Part shown: positions 58,720-64,000 of the stretch, one piece after another
How positions within the stretch are numbered: position 1 is the stretch's first letter
Layout of the letters: each line of letters opens with the position of its first letter
NCBI GenBank assembly: GCA_951406725.2
Contig: OX597820.1
Span: forward strand, 92,008,001-92,072,000
Reading direction: 5' to 3'
Source: Octopus vulgaris
Lineage: Eukaryota
Length of the DNA stretch: 64,000 bases
Program-made: the position numbers and the translations under genes
Notes under the pieces: generated by a model
Database searches by the model: none
What the model was told of the DNA's origin: nothing
Seen by the model: only the letters and a program-made list of their open reading frames with translations

Positions 58720-59300
58720 TTTACGGTCAGGTTGTCTGATATTATGCCTCAGCCCATGCCCGCAGAACATCTTCCTCAGTATATGAACGGAACCGTTCCA
58801 AGCTCCTCAGCCGTATCTGCATTTCTAATATAGTTTCTATGCCTAAGATCTCAGGTATTGCATCCAGATTCTTATAAATCGTTCCGGGTACACCGATACA
58901 AAAATAAAAATAGGACGATTTTGACTGTAACTTGAGTGTTTCTTGTACTTAGCTTGCCAAATTCTGGTATTCGTCTACTTTTACTCGGTGATTTCAACCT
59001 TCTGGTCAGCAGGAACAGCGATGTTTGCCATGACTCACTCATGTGTGTCTTTCTGCTCAATTGTGTTATCAGGGCAATTATGCTCGACAAGTATAATCAT
59101 TCCAGTATGAGTGTCATTCTCTCATTTTCAACCAAAGTGTGTGGAATAGCACTTATCTGTGCACGGCAGATCGTATTTCTTGCGGTGTTCCCAGTACACG
59201 CCAAAAGTGACTTTGTAGTGTTAATTTCTGTACACTTTTTATGCTAATCGACAGCAAACACTGATAACGTGACGTGCACTTTCAGTCTCCTGCCCATATT
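58720..59300 (-). pseudogene. Degenerate RLE-domain 3' fragment of an R4/Dong-like element
   Basis: VYWEHRKKYDLPC, VENERMTLIL, IAVPADQKVEITE, VKIV and IGVPGTI parallel the C-terminus at 29490-29957. Ends in (GAT)n/(GAG)n. Confidence 0.65.
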
Positions 59301-59402
59301 TTCAGTATAATGGTGACTCAGAGGTCTGGTCGATAGAGTACTGAACAGAATTTGGTCTCAAGGGAAGTTCTTGAGCAGCGAATATACCACACAAGTTATT
59401 AT

Positions 59403-59815
59403 TACTCTTTACTCTTTTACTCTTTTACTTGTTCCAGTCATTTGACTGCGGCCATGCTGGAGCACCGCCTTTAGTCGAGCAAATCGACCCCGGGACTTAT
59501 TCTTTGTAAGCCCAGTACTTATTCTATCGGTCCCTTTTGCCGAACCGCTAAGTGACGGGGACGTAAACACACCAGCATCGGTTGTCAAGCAATGCTAGGG
59601 GGACAAACACAGACACACAAACACACATATATATATATATATACATATATACGACAGGCTTCTTTCAGTTTCCGTCTACCAAATCCACTCACAAGGCATT
59701 GGTCGGCCCGGGGCTATAGCAGAAGACACTTGCCCAAGATGCCATGCAGTGGGACTGAACCCGGAACCATGTGGTTGGTTAGCAAGCTACTTACCACACA
59801 GCCACTCCTGCGCCT
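59403..59815 (-). mobile_element. SINE family A (octopus OK-like), full length
   Basis: tRNA-like head GGCGCAGGAGTGGCTGTGTGG...GGTTCAGTCCC, internal TA/TG repeat and (AGTAAAAG)n tail. Confidence 0.9.
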
Positions 59816-60099
59816 ATTATTTATTTTTTTCAGATAACCATTCCGAAACCATTTCCATGGTCCAGGTCCAGCGTGTCTCTGTGTTTCTTGCGAAAACACA
59901 CCGTCAAATGACTTCACTTTCCATAATGTCCCCTTCTCTGCACGCACCATTTACATAAAATCAACTAAAAATTCTGTCTCTGTTAGTATCTTCTCGTTCA
60001 GTGCTTCCCGCACTATCTATTCTTGGTATGACTGCAGATACTAATGCGATGAAATGCAATAAGAATCTTACACATTCTTCCACTTTATTATTATTATTA

Positions 60100-60141
<42 letters not shown>

Positions 60142-60158
60142 GTAGTAGTAGTATTATT

Positions 60159-60352
60159 AAATGCTTAACAGTATTTCGTATGCCGTTACGTTCTGAGTTC
60201 AAATTCCGCCGATGTCGACTTTGTCTTTTATCCTCTCGCGGTCGATCAAATATATACCAGTTACTCACTGGAGTCTATGTAATCGACTTAATGCCCTTGT
60301 CTGTCCTTGTTTCTCCCCTCTATGTTTAGCCCCATGTAGGCAATAAAGAAAT
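60159..60352 (+). mobile_element. SINE family B, 5'-truncated, in (TTA)n
   Basis: Similarity to 52585-52777. Confidence 0.85.
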
Positions 60353-60370
60353 ATATTATTATTATTATTA

Positions 60371-60449
<79 letters not shown>

Positions 60450-60493
60450 CATTATTATTATTATCATTATTATTATTATTTTTTTTATTATTA

Positions 60494-60545
<52 letters not shown>

Positions 60546-60556
60546 TAAATAATAAA

Positions 60557-60760
60557 GGCAGTGAGCTGGCTGAAACGTTAGCTCGCCGGGCGAAATGCTT
60601 AGCGGTATTTCGTCTGTCTTTAAGTTCTGAATTCAAATTCCACTGAGGTCAGTTTTGCCTTTCATCTTTTCGGCGTCGATAAATAAAGTACCAGGATCGA
60701 TCTATATTAGGACGAGTCCCCTCCTCCAAAATTTCGGTCTTTGTGCCTAGAATAGAAAAG
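60557..60760 (+). mobile_element. SINE family B, older subfamily
   Basis: ggcagtgagctggctgaaacgttagc...ttttgcctttcatc. Confidence 0.8.
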
Positions 60761-60812
60761 ATTATTTTTACTATTAATTACTATTATCATTTTCATCATC
60801 AATATTATTATT

Positions 60813-61370
60813 GAGAAATCAGTGCATGATATCAATGTGACAATGGAGCAAGATATATGAAGTCCAGTATACCCACCATGACTACCTGTCTAATAAGGGT
60901 ACCCAAGGTACATGCACCAAAACCGTATGTGCGTGACATAGTGATCTAATATCAAGATAAACAGCACATGATGATGTAGATGGGGCACAGATAGAATGTT
61001 TTTCATGTCGAGTAGCCCATTCTACTCGAAAGGTTCCTGAATAAAGATGTTTAAAAATGTTGAACGAAGCACCCTTGTTTCCATATGTGAATTATTCAAA
61101 GCTCAAATAATTTCTCTCAACATATGGCTGTAATGCTTCCCCACTACTTTTGCACATGATCAGAGATGTACATATCGTCAGCCACCAAGGGAATTACTCA
61201 ACTGGTTATGGTCAATCAAGTGACAAGCAAATCTGTTGTATTGAGCAGAATATTTGCTGCAGTCCATCTTTTATAGCAAATCAAAACGTGTAAGTGACAA
61301 CACTTCCAATCAATTAAGATCAGAAGCCAAGAACCCATGAGAGCCAGCCTCTGGTATTAAATCAGGGCAT
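60813..61370 (-). mobile_element. Second copy of the ~540-bp (TAA)n-associated element
   Basis: Reverse complement of 30498-31037, diverged. Confidence 0.8.
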
Positions 61371-61681
61371 TATCATTATAATATCATTATTACCATCATT
61401 TTTCATTTCTGTTTCCATTTCTTGCTGAGTACCTTCTTGACACCTAAGGCAGAGAAACTCACTGTTATACATTAGTAGGTCATTAAAATAAACACACTAG
61501 ATTGTTCATATACAAAATCATGTGAAGGGGAAAATAGTGGAGAAAGACAGGGAGAAAAAAGAAAAAGAAAAGGAAAAAGTAAAGAGAAAATGAAGGAGAA
61601 ACCGGAAAGAAACTTCACAGCGAGAATGTCCTTTTCAGTACATGTGACGTACCAGGTAAGACAATATTTTGCACTTATTAA

Positions 61682-61890
61682 GGTGACGAGCTGGCAGAAT
61701 TGTTAGCGTGCTGGGTGGAATGCCTTGCAGTATTTCACCCGTCGCTACGTTCTGAGTTCAAATTTCGCCGAGATTAACCATCTTTAATTATTTCAGGGCC
61801 GATAAAATATGTACAAGTTGAGCACTGTGGTCAATGTTATCGACTTACCAGCTCCCTGAACTTACTGGCTTTGTGCTAAAATTTGAAAAC
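61682..61890 (+). mobile_element. SINE family B, diverged
   Basis: ggtgacgagctggcagaattgttagc...ctacgttctgagttcaaatt. Confidence 0.8.
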
Positions 61891-62029
61891 ATTATTACTA
61901 TTATTTGATGAAAAACTTCGGATTACTTTGCTGGTTATGATGGAAAGTGTCAGCTGCCCACAGCCAGCATATTAAAGTGATACTTCTTTACTGAGCAGGC
62001 TTGAAGATCCTCTTTTACTCTTTTACTTG

Positions 62030-62235
62030 TTTCAGTCATTTGACTGCGGCCATGCTGGAGAACCGCCTATGGTCGAGCATACAGACCCCAGGGCTTATTC
62101 TTTGTAAGCCTAGTACTTATTCTATAGGTCTCTTTTGCCGAACCGCTAAGTTACGGAAACGTAAACACACCAGCATCGGTTGTCAAGCGATGTTGGAGGG
62201 GGGGATAGACACAAACACACACACATATATACACA
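62030..62235 (-). mobile_element. SINE family A 3' half
   Basis: Matches 59403-59630. Confidence 0.85.
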
Positions 62236-62379
62236 TATGCATATGTCCCTGTTCCCACTGCAAACGACACACACACAGGATTACAAACACGGTACGCACA
62301 TCCACCTTCACATTCTACCATGACTACCATTAGGATAGATCAGGTACTGGAAAAGGATTCTGGATTATTTTCTCGGTTT

Positions 62380-62546
62380 CTTTTATTTAATTTTTGAGAG
62401 CGGTCGGTTTCATTTTTAGTATTCTCGTTTGTGAGAGCAGTCAGTTTATTTCTGATATTCTCATTTTAAAAATCATCGCCGGGTAATCGTTGAGAGGACG
62501 TTGATGTTGCCTTGGCGGAGGTTTGCACTCTCTGAGTGCTCTTACT
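62380..62546 (-). mobile_element. Terminus of a non-autonomous DNA element (Crypton-V-like, tentative)
   Basis: Minus strand AAGAGCACTCAGAGAGTGCAAACCTCCGCCAAGGC resembles a terminal motif recalled from aquatic-animal non-autonomous elements. Confidence 0.35.
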
Positions 62547-62585
62547 GTTATTATTATTATTATTATTAATATTATTATTATTATT

Positions 62586-62626
<41 letters not shown>

Positions 62627-62649
62627 GATGTCTTTGTTTTTGTTAAGAT

Positions 62650-63235
62650 AGCTTGGTGGCAGAATCGTTTGCAAGTCCATCAAAATGTTTGATTTATGTT
62701 CTGAATCCAAATTCCGCCGCGGTCTGTTTTGTCTTTCAAATATTCAAGGTGGATCATTGGGGTCGATGTAATCGACATATCTCTTCACCCGAAATTGCTG
62801 GCCTTGTGCCAAAATTTGAAATCATTACTATTATTAAGACAGCGAGCTGGCAGAACCTTTGTTACACCGGGCACAATGCTTAGTGGTATTTTATCTGTTT
62901 TTATATTGTGAGTTCAAATTCCGCCAAAGTCGACATTACCTTTCATCCTTTTGGGAGCGATAAAATAAGTACCGGTTCAACACTGAGGTCGATATAATCA
63001 ACTTCACATTCAACAATACCTTCAAAATCATCATCTTTGCTAACTAGTAAAATAGCCCGTCACAAAAAATACTATGCAGCATCTTTTCTGATCCTTTACC
63101 GTCTGAGTGCAAATACCACTGATGTCGACTTCACCATTCAACTTTTTGGAATCATAGGAATAAAGTAACCGTCAGGCACTAGGGTCGGTATAATCGACTA
63201 ACCTTCTCCACAGAATCTCAGGTCCTGTGTCTATG
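62650..63235 (+). mobile_element. Cluster of diverged SINE family B copies
   Basis: Three successive head/central-domain matches. Confidence 0.75.
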
Positions 63236-64000
63236 GAAGAAAAAATATTATTATTGTAGTAGTAATTGCAGTACTAGCAGTAGTTATATTCTTTTCCCTT
63301 ACTCATCATTTAGTTTGTTTTTTCCTTCTTTATTAGATCGATAGATAGCAAGCTTCACGGTATAGCCTTAGCCATATAACACCTTTCTTATTGTTCTGGC
63401 TATGCCAAGCAAATAGGTTTCTGTAAAATTAGGGATTTCATCCATCCATTTAAACTTTCAGCAACTGTTCTTAAGGCTCCTGTGACATTTGTGATAATGA
63501 CAACCTTACAGCAATTCTGAATTGATTATTATTTTTTATTATCAATATTATTGTTCTTGATTTTTTTTTATTTGGTAGTGGGTGTGCTATTAATATTTTT
63601 ATAAACCCTTTTTTCAATATATAATTTAGTAAAGTGCATAACTCTAATATTAAATTAACTCCCCAACAGTACACCACCATTTGACTATAATTTAGAAAAT
63701 GTAATAGTCCTCTGTCGTTAGAATTATTTTCTGGAAATTTTAGCAACATAGTTATTTCTATTATTAAACAACACCTCCAAATGACATCCAAATAATTATA
63801 GTTTGTTCACTCTAATAGAATTCTTGGCAGCGAAGTGGCAAAGGTTTTAGCGCGTTAGATATAACGTTTCACGAGATTTATTTTTTAGTTCATTCCGTTC
63901 TGAATTCAAATCTCTCTCAAATTAGCAAATAAATACCAGACCGGGAAGCTGAGTTGATGCATGTCTGAGTAAAATTGATTATGAGCGTCATACCATCTGA

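Overview
Eukaryotic, AT-rich, microsatellite-saturated DNA. The SINE families and repeat load suggest an octopus genome, which is an inference from memory rather than a database result. No host protein-coding gene can be called with confidence, and almost all ORF-track entries are microsatellite or SINE artefacts. The window is mostly mobile-element remains: a nearly intact 5'-truncated R4/Dong-type RLE retrotransposon in a (TAA)n tract plus three older relatives, an RTE LINE 3' end, degenerate Penelope-like (PLE) RT and GIY-YIG fragments, mariner, Tc1 and Tigger remnants, a Helitron-like element, a long-TIR element and many tRNA-derived SINEs. The most interesting signal is non-coding: several unrelated short elements inside microsatellites carry type I hammerhead-ribozyme motifs with a palindromic mini stem III (PLE pLTR/retrozyme type). 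One is an apparently perfect 260-bp inverted repeat with an intact hammerhead on each strand. Also notable are a 540-bp (TAA)n-targeting non-autonomous element, SINE partial dimers sharing one exact junction, and a CpG-rich island with a CRE-like palindrome upstream of an unrecognised 104-aa ORF. Boundaries of degenerate repeats are approximate because they were read by eye.
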